Shown here: positions 29,072 through 39,020 of the stretch, in pieces
Layout of the letters: every line of letters begins with the position of its first letter
Position numbering within the stretch: the stretch's first letter is position 1
DNA from: a virus
Lineage: Duplodnaviria; Caudoviricetes
Strand: one strand, 5' to 3'
Length of the DNA: 56,378 nucleotides
Virus record (IMG/VR): IMGVR_UViG_3300027816_000119
Location: 1-56,378 of that record
Made by a program: the position numbers and the translations under genes
The notes under the pieces: generated by a model
What the model was told of the DNA's origin: nothing
The model's input: only the letters and a program-made list of their open reading frames with translations
The model's database searches: none

Positions 29072-29614
29072 TTAACAATTTCTACATTCAAATTTATTTA
29101 AAAGTTTGACAGCATAGTTAAATAATGTCATACCTTCTTGGTTTTCATGACAAGTTTCTACTTTAGCTTGCGCAGCTTCTAAATACATTTTAATTAAATG
29201 AAGATCTCTCAGCTTCTGTTTAATCTTAGCTGGGGGATCACAATCTGAGATACTCAATGTACAAAGTATTTTTTCATATCTATTCAATGCACATGTCATT
29301 CTAAGATGATTGTATTGTACATATACTTTGCATTCAGGATCTACTGAATATTTTATATTATATATTCCGTCTGGCAAATTAACATAACTTGATCCACAAT
29401 CTTCTGTTTGTAAACCTAAGTCACATGCAGTAAGAGTAGGACTTGAATCTGGTATAAATGCCAATTCAGCAGTATATGTAAAACCAGGAATAACTACTTC
29501 CAACCTAGGTCTAAATATACTCACTAATGGAGAATATACACTTGTATCAAATATTTTTAATACACAAGGATTTGATACAGTAGGGATCTCTAAACTTAAG
29601 ACATGATTTGCCAT
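29072..29614 (-). CDS. Putative structural protein (tail/fibre hub)
   Basis: 180 aa, LPDGIYNIKYSV beta-sandwich then helical C-terminus; in structural operon. Confidence 0.5.
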   Translation of the reverse strand: MANHVLSLEIPTVSNPCVLKIFDTSVYSPLVSIFRPRLEVVIPGFTYTAELAFIPDSSPTLTACDLGLQTEDCGSSYVNLPDGIYNIKYSVDPECKVYVQYNHLRMTCALNRYEKILCTLSISDCDPPAKIKQKLRDLHLIKMYLEAAQAKVETCHENQEGMTLFNYAVKLLNKFECRNC

Positions 29615-29625
29615 AACTATATAAT

Positions 29626-29664
29626 AAAAAAAGGAGAGGAGAGATTTACTCTCACTCTCCTTTT
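29626..29664 (-). terminator. Intrinsic terminator
   Basis: aaaaggagag-gagag-attta-ctctc-a-ctctcctttt inverted repeat with flanking A/T runs. Confidence 0.8.
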
Positions 29665-29682
29665 ATGAGTTTTTACAATTAA

Positions 29683-31083
29683 TTAGAATAATGTAATTAT
29701 TGGATCTGGGTTATTAGGTAGTGGAACCGCAGGAGTTGAAGCACCACAAGCAGCACCTAAGAATGGACCAGGTTCAACAACACATCTAGACTCACATGCT
29801 ATTAACCAGTTATTCAATACATTGAATATTTGTGTTGTTATTGCACTTGGAACACCTGTAGCTCCAGCTACAGCAGGTGTAATAATTTCAACTAAATACT
29901 GATCATTGTCAAATGTAGCAGTTGGATTATAGAATCTTGGAACTGAATGTTGAATAAAGATTCTATCATAGAAGTTATTTCTAACTAAACCAGCACCATC
30001 CAATAAGTCATTTCCTTGAGTAATCTCTCGGATCCTTAAATCAGAGTGGAAGAAGTTTTGTCTGTAAGCTTCAGAAAGAATAACATCTCTTACTACAGTT
30101 TCACCAATTCCATTTGCTTGTCTACCATAACATTGTACACCAACACATAATCCATTAAACTCACATGGAGAACCTGTTAAATCTACTTCAGAAGCATAGA
30201 TTCTTACTGGCTCTAATGTATAGTTGTCAGTTAATTGGAATGTACAGTTTTCAAATCTGTTTTCTGTATAAGCTCCGATAAGAACCATACCAGCACACAT
30301 ACCATTTACATAGGCTTGTTCAGTCCAATCTCTGTATCTTAATACAGTTACACCAGCAATTACAGGTAATACTGCAATATCATCTGGATAGTAATATGTC
30401 CAAGCACCAGCACCAATTCTAAATGTAATAACTGGGAATGCAAATTGATTTAACAATTTGTTTCTTCTCAATTGTTGACCCCATTGAATAAATACTCTAC
30501 GTGGATCTACTGGAGTAGGTACAACAGCATCATCAGCACAACAACCTGTATAAGCCTCAAGAGTTTGGTACCCATTGTGGTTTAAAGTTTGCATAACTGG
30601 ATAACCTTTAACATCTACACGTAAGTAGTAAGTTTCTCCACATAAAAATTGTTTACAACAATCTCCAGCAGTTTCTCCAGGGTTTCCTGTTACTGGTGGA
30701 ACAGCTACTGTCCAAGGAGTAGTACCAACATGTGTAATATAATTTTGAGCAGCATTTGCAGGAACTACATAAAGTTTACTTGCATATTTTGCTTTGATAG
30801 TTTTAGTCTTATTAGACTCTAAATAACCTCCGTGAGCAGGTCCTATTCTATCATTTGCCATTAATGAACCTGAAGCAAGAATTAACTCACAGCAAGACTC
30901 ATCTAATGGAGCTGGTAAATTTGGATTAGGCTCTTGAATTTGCCAGTTATTTGGGTTAATGAATGCCAATTGCCCAGCACCCAAACTAACACCATTTACA
31001 CCTAATACAGTTCCTGTATCAAGTGGAGAAATACCATTAGTAGCAACTAATGTTTTTCTAAATGCATGATTAAAATAACTCAT
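29683..31083 (-). CDS. Probable auxiliary capsid/major structural protein
   Basis: 466 aa, own promoter-like motif and terminator (high expression); position as crAss auxiliary capsid gene. Confidence 0.5.
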   Translation of the reverse strand: MSYFNHAFRKTLVATNGISPLDTGTVLGVNGVSLGAGQLAFINPNNWQIQEPNPNLPAPLDESCCELILASGSLMANDRIGPAHGGYLESNKTKTIKAKYASKLYVVPANAAQNYITHVGTTPWTVAVPPVTGNPGETAGDCCKQFLCGETYYLRVDVKGYPVMQTLNHNGYQTLEAYTGCCADDAVVPTPVDPRRVFIQWGQQLRRNKLLNQFAFPVITFRIGAGAWTYYYPDDIAVLPVIAGVTVLRYRDWTEQAYVNGMCAGMVLIGAYTENRFENCTFQLTDNYTLEPVRIYASEVDLTGSPCEFNGLCVGVQCYGRQANGIGETVVRDVILSEAYRQNFFHSDLRIREITQGNDLLDGAGLVRNNFYDRIFIQHSVPRFYNPTATFDNDQYLVEIITPAVAGATGVPSAITTQIFNVLNNWLIACESRCVVEPGPFLGAACGASTPAVPLPNNPDPIITLF

Positions 31084-31148
31084 TGTTTTTTGTTTTTGTT
31101 AATAAATAAATATACTATAATATACTAAAAGTTTTTTAAACTTCCAAA

Positions 31149-31667
31149 TTATTTTAAAAAAAGTAACTTGTACTTAGTTGAATTAATTGAATCCTTAACT
31201 AAATCTAAGTTATTTACTATTTCTGAATAAGGCAACATACCTTGTAGTTTATTAATTGAATTATACAGATCTCTTAAATATCCTACACCATCTGCTACAG
31301 TATCTAATGTTCTAATTGGCATATCAGTATACTTTATAAGTTTTTCTGCTACACCTTGATAACCTTCTACAAGAGTATCAGCATGGCCATGTAATCCTTC
31401 ATAAAAACCACCTAATGCATTATGAGCTGCATAAGATCCATCACCAGTAATTTTTAAATGTAATTTATGAAAACTAATAGCAGCATTCATCATTTCTGTT
31501 GCACAGGCAGCTACCATATTATCTAATGAACTACCTCCTACACCTGTATCAGGAGTTGGTTGTGGTTTAGCAGGTTCTTCTTTAGGTTGAGTAACAACTG
31601 GCTGAGGTCTGCTAATTGTTCTAGCAGGTTCAGGATTTCTTTTTAAAAGTCTTGCTTTTTGTTCCAT
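31149..31667 (-). CDS. Ferritin/Dps-like four-helix protein (DUF5856-like) with Pro-rich N-extension
   Basis: FHKLHL..SYAAHNALGGFYE..DTLVEGYQG..KYKL. Confidence 0.7.
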   Translation of the reverse strand: MEQKARLLKRNPEPARTISRPQPVVTQPKEEPAKPQPTPDTGVGGSSLDNMVAACATEMMNAAISFHKLHLKITGDGSYAAHNALGGFYEGLHGHADTLVEGYQGVAEKLIKYTDMPIRTLDTVADGVGYLRDLYNSINKLQGMLPYSEIVNNLDLVKDSINSTKYKLLFLK

Positions 31668-31669
31668 GG

Positions 31670-32368
31670 TTAATTGTTTCTTTCAGCACCTTGTGTACCT
31701 CTAGAGAATTGATTTGTTGATTCAATATCTCCAGCTAAAATACTAGCGGCCTCATCTATTATTAATTCTATTATATCATCTTTAAACTCACATTCTACAT
31801 TAGCCGTAGAAGCTACATTAGTATATGGATCTACACAGTTTAAAACTTGAATTTTTATAGGCTGTCTATAGTAAATAAGATCAGCTGTTTGTATAGTAAA
31901 TTCTTTATTTGTATAGATATTAACATTACCACCTTTTAGAGTAGCAAATGTTTCTCCCCACTCAAAGTTTGGTTGTTTTGATTTATCTCTAAGAAGTTCC
32001 CGGAGATTCCCTTCTTCTGCAAGATATACCATCATAGGTCTTTTCTTGCAGCAGTCTTTATTTGCAAAAACATCTACTCTTTTCCATTGCAAGTAATCTT
32101 CAGGTAATAATCCAGAATAATAGTAATCTTTATCAGATATAGTTATAGGAAATGTTTCTAGTAAAATTTGCAAGTCATCTTTTCTTCTAGTAGATTGCTC
32201 ATCACCTTCTTTAACCACATTAATTCCATGTAGCTGTCTTCTTACCCATTCTACTTGAGCTTTATTAAAAGCCTCAACTACTTGCCAGCATTCTATATTG
32301 TCATAGTCTTGACTGTCAAGCTTATTGAGTCTTTGTTTAATCTTTATGGTAAGTGTACTATTAAGCAT
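31670..32368 (-). CDS. Head-tail ring/adaptor protein
   Basis: FNKAQ..DDLQIL..LPEDYL..YYRQP..ELIIDEA pattern; crAss-like synteny. Confidence 0.6.
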   Translation of the reverse strand: MLNSTLTIKIKQRLNKLDSQDYDNIECWQVVEAFNKAQVEWVRRQLHGINVVKEGDEQSTRRKDDLQILLETFPITISDKDYYYSGLLPEDYLQWKRVDVFANKDCCKKRPMMVYLAEEGNLRELLRDKSKQPNFEWGETFATLKGGNVNIYTNKEFTIQTADLIYYRQPIKIQVLNCVDPYTNVASTANVECEFKDDIIELIIDEAASILAGDIESTNQFSRGTQGAERNN

Positions 32369-32371
32369 GAT

Positions 32372-32662
32372 TTATTTTTTTCTTCTTACAGATCCACCTT
32401 TTTTCTTAATAGGTGCATATGGTGCAACTGTTCCAGTAGTCCATTGCTTACCAGCTGCAACATTAGAATAACCTTTTGTTTTACTTTGGTTATCAAGATC
32501 ATAAGCTTCTTGAGCTTTTTGTTCTTTAGGACCAAAGTCTCCAGTTGCACTATAAGGATCAGCTTCATTTCCAGGTCCTCCCATAAATTTCTTAACCAAT
32601 TTTGTTCTAGCTTCATTAGCTTCTCTAAAGAAAGTTAATGGATGTTTATTTGTCTTTTTCAT
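32372..32662 (-). CDS. Small basic protein with xxGG motifs (start revised to 32662)
   Basis: ATG at 32662 lies just after upstream stop; MKKTNKHPL..KFMGG..KKKGG. Confidence 0.7.
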   Translation of the reverse strand: MKKTNKHPLTFFREANEARTKLVKKFMGGPGNEADPYSATGDFGPKEQKAQEAYDLDNQSKTKGYSNVAAGKQWTTGTVAPYAPIKKKGGSVRRKK

Positions 32663-32663
32663 G

Positions 32664-33068
32664 TTATCTGTTTTTAGCCATTTTTTTAAAAGTTCTAGCA
32701 AGAGCCTTTCTCTTAGGTGTACATGTAGGTTTAGACATAGGAGTGCAGTAACCTTTATGTTTAGGATTAACTGCTTTTTGTATCCATTTTTTATCTACGG
32801 TTCCACCTTTTTTCTTCATAGTTAACTCATTACTTGGTTGTACTGGTGTCAACAATTCTTCAAGTTTATCAGGACTCATCTGTGGTCTTGATAATGGATT
32901 CTTTTTTGGGACCCCTTTAAGTACACCTCTAATAGTTCTAGTTTCTTTAGATTTTTCTGAGCCATCATCATAACCCGTATATTTTCTTTTGTAATTACGG
33001 TCAGGAGAAATAAATACTTGCTTGTATATTTTTTTCTTTTTAGGTTTATCAGAATCTTTTAAACTCAT
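32664..33068 (-). CDS. Small Lys-rich protein
   Basis: MKKKGG then KWIQKAV..RKALARTFKKM module. Confidence 0.7.
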   Translation of the reverse strand: MSLKDSDKPKKKKIYKQVFISPDRNYKRKYTGYDDGSEKSKETRTIRGVLKGVPKKNPLSRPQMSPDKLEELLTPVQPSNELTMKKKGGTVDKKWIQKAVNPKHKGYCTPMSKPTCTPKRKALARTFKKMAKNR

Positions 33069-33070
33069 AA

Positions 33071-33430
33071 CTATTTTTTCTTTCTTTTATTTTTTAATGC
33101 ACCTGCTATAATATCAGCACGAGTAATTTTATTTTTAGGTGGAGCTAATGCAGCTAGTTTAGCATTTTTTACAGAACCACCTTTCTTATAGGCACCTCCA
33201 TTTTTTGCTGTAAGTATTCTACTATTATTATAACCAGATTTTGGAGCTGTAGGAGAATCTATACCTTTACTAGCATCACCAGTATCTCCACCTGTAAAAT
33301 ATTTTTTAACACCACCTTTTCTCATAGTTGTTGGTCTAGTACTAGCATTATAGATAGGAGAAACAATTGTTCCGTTAGGTTGTCCTCCATTTTTCATTTT
33401 GGGGCCACCACATTTCATACATTTTTTCAT
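33071..33430 (-). CDS. Small Lys/Gly-rich protein with six xxGG motifs
   Basis: MKCGG, MKNGG, MRKGG, YFTGG, AKNGG, YKKGG. Confidence 0.75.
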   Translation of the reverse strand: MKKCMKCGGPKMKNGGQPNGTIVSPIYNASTRPTTMRKGGVKKYFTGGDTGDASKGIDSPTAPKSGYNNSRILTAKNGGAYKKGGSVKNAKLAALAPPKNKITRADIIAGALKNKRKKK

Positions 33431-33442
33431 GACTATATTAAT

Positions 33443-33724
33443 TTAACAGTTCCACTTTCTTAAAGACTTATTGATCCTTGAGTTAGGATCATTAGCTGTC
33501 TTAGAGCTTGTTAGTTTTTTCTTCATTCCTGACATTCTAGCACAGAAAGACTTTCTTCTTTTAGCAGATTTACTATCTGGATCAAGTTTAGAAGGTTTGG
33601 TAGTTACAGCTGTCTTAAGTTTACTACCAGGGTTTTCTCTTCTATAAGATGCAACACCTTTAGCATTAAGACCTCCTTCAGGATTCTTACCTTCTTTTCT
33701 TTGCCATGCTGGAGACTTTGCCAT
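33443..33724 (-). CDS. Small basic phage protein (DUF6321-like); start probably MAKSPAW at 33724
   Basis: GGLNAKGVASYRRENPGSKLK..RRKSFCARM..SLRKWNC. Confidence 0.7.
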   Translation of the reverse strand: MAKSPAWQRKEGKNPEGGLNAKGVASYRRENPGSKLKTAVTTKPSKLDPDSKSAKRRKSFCARMSGMKKKLTSSKTANDPNSRINKSLRKWNC

Positions 33725-34007
33725 TTTTCTTATCTTTTTTGTGTGCACTATTTTTCATAATCTTACCATCAGGCATCATATGATAACCTCTAGGTATCAT
33801 AGGATTTTCTTTATGCCATTTTTTAGTAGCTGCAATTCCTTGCTTAATGGTTTTTGCTCCTGCCTTTTGTGTTAAGTTAATTGTATCCCACTTACCTTTA
33901 TCTTTTGTAGGATGATTAACCATTATATCACCAGGTTTACCTTCACCAATTTTATTAGTTTTTTTGTAAATCTTGTGTTTTTCACCACCAGCAGTAAGTC
34001 TTGCCAT
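33687..34007 (-). CDS. Small basic protein
   Basis: Lys-rich, GYHMMPDGKIM motif. Confidence 0.65.
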   Translation of the reverse strand: MARLTAGGEKHKIYKKTNKIGEGKPGDIMVNHPTKDKGKWDTINLTQKAGAKTIKQGIAATKKWHKENPMIPRGYHMMPDGKIMKNSAHKKDKKNGKVSSMAKKRR

Positions 34008-34009
34008 GA

Positions 34010-34234
34010 CTATTTACTAAAATTTTTAAGAACTTTCATTTGCTCTTCAGCAAGTTTTGAAATATCTCTCATCATATTTTTATCCTTACGGATATCCTCT
34101 GCTCTTTTTAGACAACTTAATGCAGATTCAACTTCCCATTTTCTCATTTCTGCTTTAGGAGTTGCAGAGATAGTCATACCTACAGAAGCTTTCTTTGCAG
34201 GTGCTTTTTTAGTTGTTGTTTTTTTAATTGCCAT
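34010..34234 (-). CDS. Small basic protein with H1-like N-tail
   Basis: MAIKKTTTKKAPAKKAS then helix. Confidence 0.65.
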   Translation of the reverse strand: MAIKKTTTKKAPAKKASVGMTISATPKAEMRKWEVESALSCLKRAEDIRKDKNMMRDISKLAEEQMKVLKNFSK

Positions 34235-34236
34235 AA

Positions 34237-34575
34237 CTATACTTTTTTAACCCTTCTTCCCATACCTACTCTAGACTTCTCAGCTTTCTTAGCAGCTAGT
34301 TTAGAAGGACTTAGTTCATATTTGGTTTTAGGAGTATCCTTTGATACTCTTTTTGTAGGCCGGCAGTACTCATTAGAACCACCGGCACCACAAGGTTTTC
34401 CTGATTTAGTATCTTGCCATTTCTCTGCTTGCCATCTTTTAAGCTCTGCTCCTTTCTCAGTCTTTCTAACAGTGCCTTTACCTTTACGGCATTTGGCAAT
34501 AGCTTGAGAAGCCCTTGCTGAAGGAAACACAGCATATCTTGCTTTTACACTATGATAACAAGAATCCTTTGGCAT
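34237..34575 (-). CDS. Small basic protein (DUF5872-like)
   Basis: FPSARASQAIAKCRK..LKRWQAEKW..PCG..YCRPTKRVS. Confidence 0.65.
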   Translation of the reverse strand: MPKDSCYHSVKARYAVFPSARASQAIAKCRKGKGTVRKTEKGAELKRWQAEKWQDTKSGKPCGAGGSNEYCRPTKRVSKDTPKTKYELSPSKLAAKKAEKSRVGMGRRVKKV

Positions 34576-34577
34576 GA

Positions 34578-34901
34578 TTAACAGCTTTTTTTAGAGCCAC
34601 CTTTTCTCATCATTCCAGGTTTCATTGCCATACCATACATAGCTTTAGGCTTAGCTTTTGAAGCTCTTGTTTGCTTACCTTTGGTTGCAGTAACATTAAC
34701 TTCAGGTAAATTTCTAACATATGGTTCTTCAGTATCAGTAATGCCACCAGCATAATATTTACCTTTTACAGCCATTCCTAATTTTGCTTTTGGTAGTGCA
34801 GTTTTAGGAGCTTTAGAAGTACCACCAACTTTTCCACCTGGAGTTTTGTCAGCTCCTGTAAGTTTTTTAGACTTTGTTTTAGTTACGCATGCCTTTTTCA
34901 T
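34578..34901 (-). CDS. Small Lys-rich protein with xxGG/xxGM motifs
   Basis: AKLGM, YYAGG, AMYGM, MRKGG; NLPEVNVTA. Confidence 0.7.
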   Translation of the reverse strand: MKKACVTKTKSKKLTGADKTPGGKVGGTSKAPKTALPKAKLGMAVKGKYYAGGITDTEEPYVRNLPEVNVTATKGKQTRASKAKPKAMYGMAMKPGMMRKGGSKKSC

Positions 34902-34912
34902 TTTATTTTAAT

Positions 34913-35935
34913 TTAAGTGTTCCAATACTTTTCACAAGACTGATTAAGATCTTTTAAAATGTCTTCATGTAATGGGTTTTTTAAATGCTCAATTACATCA
35001 GAAACATTTCTACCAAGTAAACTATTTGTCTTAGCATGGTATATATATCCATCTGCCTTATGTATAATATACTTAAAAAAACTGGAATCACGAACAATTG
35101 ATTTAATTTTTAGTGTTTCCATGTCTAAATTAACTGCATCAATAAATGTTTTTGCTGCTCTTTCTTTGTTATTTTCAGCACCTTCTCCAGAAATATATTT
35201 ATCCATATTTTCATAGATAACATCTAATGGAGTTGATTTTCTATACTGAGAACTTACAGCATCCACAACTTTAGCAATGTAGAATAATTTAGTACTATTT
35301 TTATCATATAATTTTTGTAACTCTGAGTAAGCTTTGTTACGGAGTTTTTTGTACTCTGTTCTTACCATTACAGTTTCTTCCTCTTTATCTAGATAGAATT
35401 TAGGTGGTACTGCTTTTGATCTTGCATCATCATAACTTTTTGCAATCATTGCAAATCCTCCTGCTTCAATTGCATGAAGTTTAATTCTATCAAAAGGTTT
35501 ATTTGGATCAAGATATACTGGTTCATTACCACATGACATTTCTATCTTATTCCAAAATTCTTTATTATCAGGTTTAAGAAGTTTTACTTGATTCCAGAAA
35601 TCTTTATCTGTAGGATCAATAACATTTGCAGCCAATTCTCTTTCTAATTCAGCTACTGAACTTCTTATCTCTTTAATTCTTGCTTCTTTAACTTCAGGGT
35701 CTAATAGTTTAATTTCAGGAGCAAATTCATTTAATCCTGTAACATATCTTATTACACCATTATTTTCTAAACAAGCAAGTTGCTCATTATGAGTTACTCC
35801 GTCAAATAAACTCATTCCATAATCCTCTAACCCCATGTTAGTGGCTTGTTTGTCAAAGTAAGGTCTAACAGCAATATTTGTTTTTTTAATGCTGCCTACT
35901 CCTACTTCAACCATTGTAAAATCTGTTGTTTCCAT
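34913..35935 (-). CDS. Conserved crAss-like protein downstream of major capsid gene
   Basis: 340 aa; synteny; doubled ACCAACAA leader. Confidence 0.55.
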   Translation of the reverse strand: METTDFTMVEVGVGSIKKTNIAVRPYFDKQATNMGLEDYGMSLFDGVTHNEQLACLENNGVIRYVTGLNEFAPEIKLLDPEVKEARIKEIRSSVAELERELAANVIDPTDKDFWNQVKLLKPDNKEFWNKIEMSCGNEPVYLDPNKPFDRIKLHAIEAGGFAMIAKSYDDARSKAVPPKFYLDKEEETVMVRTEYKKLRNKAYSELQKLYDKNSTKLFYIAKVVDAVSSQYRKSTPLDVIYENMDKYISGEGAENNKERAAKTFIDAVNLDMETLKIKSIVRDSSFFKYIIHKADGYIYHAKTNSLLGRNVSDVIEHLKNPLHEDILKDLNQSCEKYWNT

Positions 35936-35968
35936 TTTTGTTGGTTTTTTTGTTGGTTATTAAAATTT

Positions 35969-35997
35969 AAAAAAAAGGGAGGAGTTACCCCCTCCCC
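35969..35997 (-). terminator. Intrinsic terminator after major capsid gene
   Basis: gggagg...cctccc stem with A-run on left. Confidence 0.8.
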
Positions 35998-36014
35998 ATA
36001 TATATAGAGTCAGA

Positions 36015-37631
36015 TTAGAATGATCCGCCAGTTACTGGGTTTCTCATAACAATCTTCAATACCTTAGTTGGATCTTTTACCCAAATTGCAGGCATAGTTT
36101 GAGACATCATTACTCGGTATCCATTGAACTGTCCAGAAGACTGGAATCCTTGGGTACGACCCATGTAGTCCATAGTACCATTTTGATACCACCACTTCAA
36201 TTGATTATCCCAAGACAATTTCAATAAGTAGATATTGTCATTAGTGTTATCAGTGATATCAAAGATAATGAATGAGTAAGAAGATAATGGGAAACCATCA
36301 ATGATTGGGTTCTCAATATCATTTGTATGAATGTTGTCAAATGCAGGGTTCAATACAAACTTAACATTTGCCAAGAATGGAATTACATATGAAGTATAAG
36401 CAAATCCAAAGTTCAAGTCCATACCTTTACCAGTGATTGCACCAATATCAGCAGCCTGAATCAATAGACCAGAAGCAACTGCTTCTCTTTTGATAGCTTC
36501 ATTTACCATTCTCATTCCACCCATACCTGTTTGTACAACTAGTGAACGCTTAGGATCTGGACCTTGGAACTCAACTTTACCATTGAAGAAGTTATAGATT
36601 TCTCCACGGAATAAATCAAGAGTAAAGTTATTTTTGTTGTATACTCTTTTGAATGAGTTATCCAACTGTCTCCAAAGACCTACTGATAATCTAATATCAT
36701 CTGGACCATCTTGACGTACTCTACCTCCTTGTCCCCACATTAAGTAAGTCTCAATGTCAGTTGCAATTTTAGAAAGGTGAGCTGCTTCCATTTGAGTTAA
36801 GAAAGTTCTAGAAAGATCTCCATTATCAAATGCTTTTTTCACTTTGTCTTTACCCATAACTTTGATCATATCTTCTAATGAAGAGATAGAAGGATCATTG
36901 TTAGCACTAAAGTTTCTCCAGATCTCAGTTACAGGAACTGTACCATCTGCATTCATTCCACCTTTAATCATCAAGTCAGCACGAGATGAGATAGAATAAT
37001 GTACATGAGCTTCAGCACCACCAACAAAGTTATAGAACTCACGGAATGAAGTTCTTGTAGTGATGTCAGAGAATCTTTCACCATATTCACCTCTAGCAGA
37101 ACCTTTTCTGAATAGTTTAGTACCATTCTCTAAGAATCTGTTATCAAGGAATCTGAAGTTGTCATTGTTTACCAACTGAACTGTATAAACAAATCCATCT
37201 CCTAAAGGTAAGATATCTTCATCAGTAATGTACATCTCAACACCATTGTATTTGTCATAAGTGATGATATCACCATGTCCAAATTCTCTTCTGTTGATTT
37301 TAATACGGAAAGTATTACCATCTGTACCTTTAAAGGTATTGTTTGGTTCAATGTCTTCAATAATGTATGGAAGGTCTGTAGATACAGGAGTCTGCCATCT
37401 GTACTCTCCACGAGCATTATCAACATTGATTACATTTTTACCTCCAAATGATGACATTTGATAAAGAGGCATTTCAACTTTTTGAGCCATAGCCCAAAGG
37501 TCTACTGGACCTAAATCCATAGGTTCAGCATCTTTTAACATATTCACTAAGTGATAAGAGTCTACATGCGATGAAGCTTGGTAGGCTGTGTCTCTTAGGA
37601 ATATCCCATTGTTTAAAACTGGAGTTGCCAT
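36015..37631 (-). CDS. Major capsid protein (crAss-like)
   Basis: 538 aa; after portal and scaffold-like genes; TGMGGM motif; C-ending codon bias typical of high expression; downstream terminator. Confidence 0.85.
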   Translation of the reverse strand: MATPVLNNGIFLRDTAYQASSHVDSYHLVNMLKDAEPMDLGPVDLWAMAQKVEMPLYQMSSFGGKNVINVDNARGEYRWQTPVSTDLPYIIEDIEPNNTFKGTDGNTFRIKINRREFGHGDIITYDKYNGVEMYITDEDILPLGDGFVYTVQLVNNDNFRFLDNRFLENGTKLFRKGSARGEYGERFSDITTRTSFREFYNFVGGAEAHVHYSISSRADLMIKGGMNADGTVPVTEIWRNFSANNDPSISSLEDMIKVMGKDKVKKAFDNGDLSRTFLTQMEAAHLSKIATDIETYLMWGQGGRVRQDGPDDIRLSVGLWRQLDNSFKRVYNKNNFTLDLFRGEIYNFFNGKVEFQGPDPKRSLVVQTGMGGMRMVNEAIKREAVASGLLIQAADIGAITGKGMDLNFGFAYTSYVIPFLANVKFVLNPAFDNIHTNDIENPIIDGFPLSSYSFIIFDITDNTNDNIYLLKLSWDNQLKWWYQNGTMDYMGRTQGFQSSGQFNGYRVMMSQTMPAIWVKDPTKVLKIVMRNPVTGGSF

Positions 37632-37661
37632 TTTTTATTTGTTTTTGTTTGTTACTATTTA

Positions 37662-38933
37662 TTAAAATCTCTTGAACATATTATTTCTAGAGACGGTTCT
37701 TTGTACTGGTCTAGAAGCAACAGCAGATCTTCTTTCTGCTTCTTCATCTTGATTTGTATTAGATGAAGCAATTTTTCTAGACTGTTCAGTTTTTAATTGC
37801 CTTACTACTTTTTCTGTAGCTTGTTTTCCACCTTGGTCTCTTACTTTGTTTTTGTATCCATTTGGATCAGCAAGTAACCATAAAGCTTCTGCAATTAAAT
37901 CATGTCTTGGTTCTACAAACTGATACTTTTCTAATAAGTGTCCAAGTAAGTTTGTAGGTTTACCTGAAATTGACGGGTAGTTAGGTTGAACTAATCCAGA
38001 GTAAAGTAAACCCTGTGTCTTTCTGTCTAACTTAATACCACCTAATTCTCCTACAGATAATGTATTATACACATTGTCAGTATACAGTCTTGCTTGCTGT
38101 GTCTGTTGTTGTTTCTTATACTCTTGCTCTTGTAGTTGTCTTGCAATAATTTCTTCTTGCATTCTATCCAACTTAGGTTTAAACTGATTAGCTTTTTGAG
38201 CTAATCTATCTAAATCTTGCCAATCTTGAATTTCTGCTTCTATTTCTTCAGCTGTTCCAAAATTAGTTGCCCAAAGATATTGTCTTGCAATCTCAGCTTG
38301 ATCTCTTTCATCATCTGGGTCAAGTTCTCTTATTTCTTCTACTTGAGCTAAAGTTCTAAATAGACCTTTAAGATCTTGTCCACCATCAGCTACATATTTA
38401 GCAGCATATTGAAGTTCTTCTGGTAAAGCTTGAAAAAATTCTCTTGGAGTATTCTCTCTAATTCTAGCTTCTCTATCTTGAAAGTTTGCTTCAAATAATT
38501 CTCTAAAGTCTTTTGTTGTATATTCTTCTAGAGGCTTATCATCATCAAATGGCATCAAGGTACCTTCTTCAATCATTTTTTGTGCTAATTCAGCAAGACC
38601 TGATTTATCAATCTTTGGTCTTCCTTTATTACCAGCATCTTCTTCTTGAGTGATGAGTTCATTAAGTTCAGCAATAGTTTCTTCAACTTCTACTTTCTTC
38701 TCTTCATCTTCTTTCCTTTCTTCAGGAGTTTTAGTTTCAGGTTTGTCAAAGAACGTCATATCAGTTTTCTCTGCTGTGAAGACTGATTTTTTTTCAGGTT
38801 CTGATTTATCATTAGGAAGCATTACACTTTCTGCTCCTGGCATTCCAAATAATTCATCAATATTTACATCTACTTGTTCTACCGTTGTAGAATCCTGCAC
38901 CTGATCTTCAGGTTTGTTGTTGGTTGTTTCCAT
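37662..38933 (-). CDS. Acidic scaffold-like/capsid assembly protein
   Basis: Acidic N-terminus, helical; between portal and MCP. Confidence 0.6.
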   Translation of the reverse strand: METTNNKPEDQVQDSTTVEQVDVNIDELFGMPGAESVMLPNDKSEPEKKSVFTAEKTDMTFFDKPETKTPEERKEDEEKKVEVEETIAELNELITQEEDAGNKGRPKIDKSGLAELAQKMIEEGTLMPFDDDKPLEEYTTKDFRELFEANFQDREARIRENTPREFFQALPEELQYAAKYVADGGQDLKGLFRTLAQVEEIRELDPDDERDQAEIARQYLWATNFGTAEEIEAEIQDWQDLDRLAQKANQFKPKLDRMQEEIIARQLQEQEYKKQQQTQQARLYTDNVYNTLSVGELGGIKLDRKTQGLLYSGLVQPNYPSISGKPTNLLGHLLEKYQFVEPRHDLIAEALWLLADPNGYKNKVRDQGGKQATEKVVRQLKTEQSRKIASSNTNQDEEAERRSAVASRPVQRTVSRNNMFKRF

Positions 38934-39020
38934 ATTGTTGGTTTTATGTTATATATCAATATACAAAATAAACTTGGAAAATTTAAAAGCTTACAATACT
39001 TTTTTAGCACTATATAGCTA

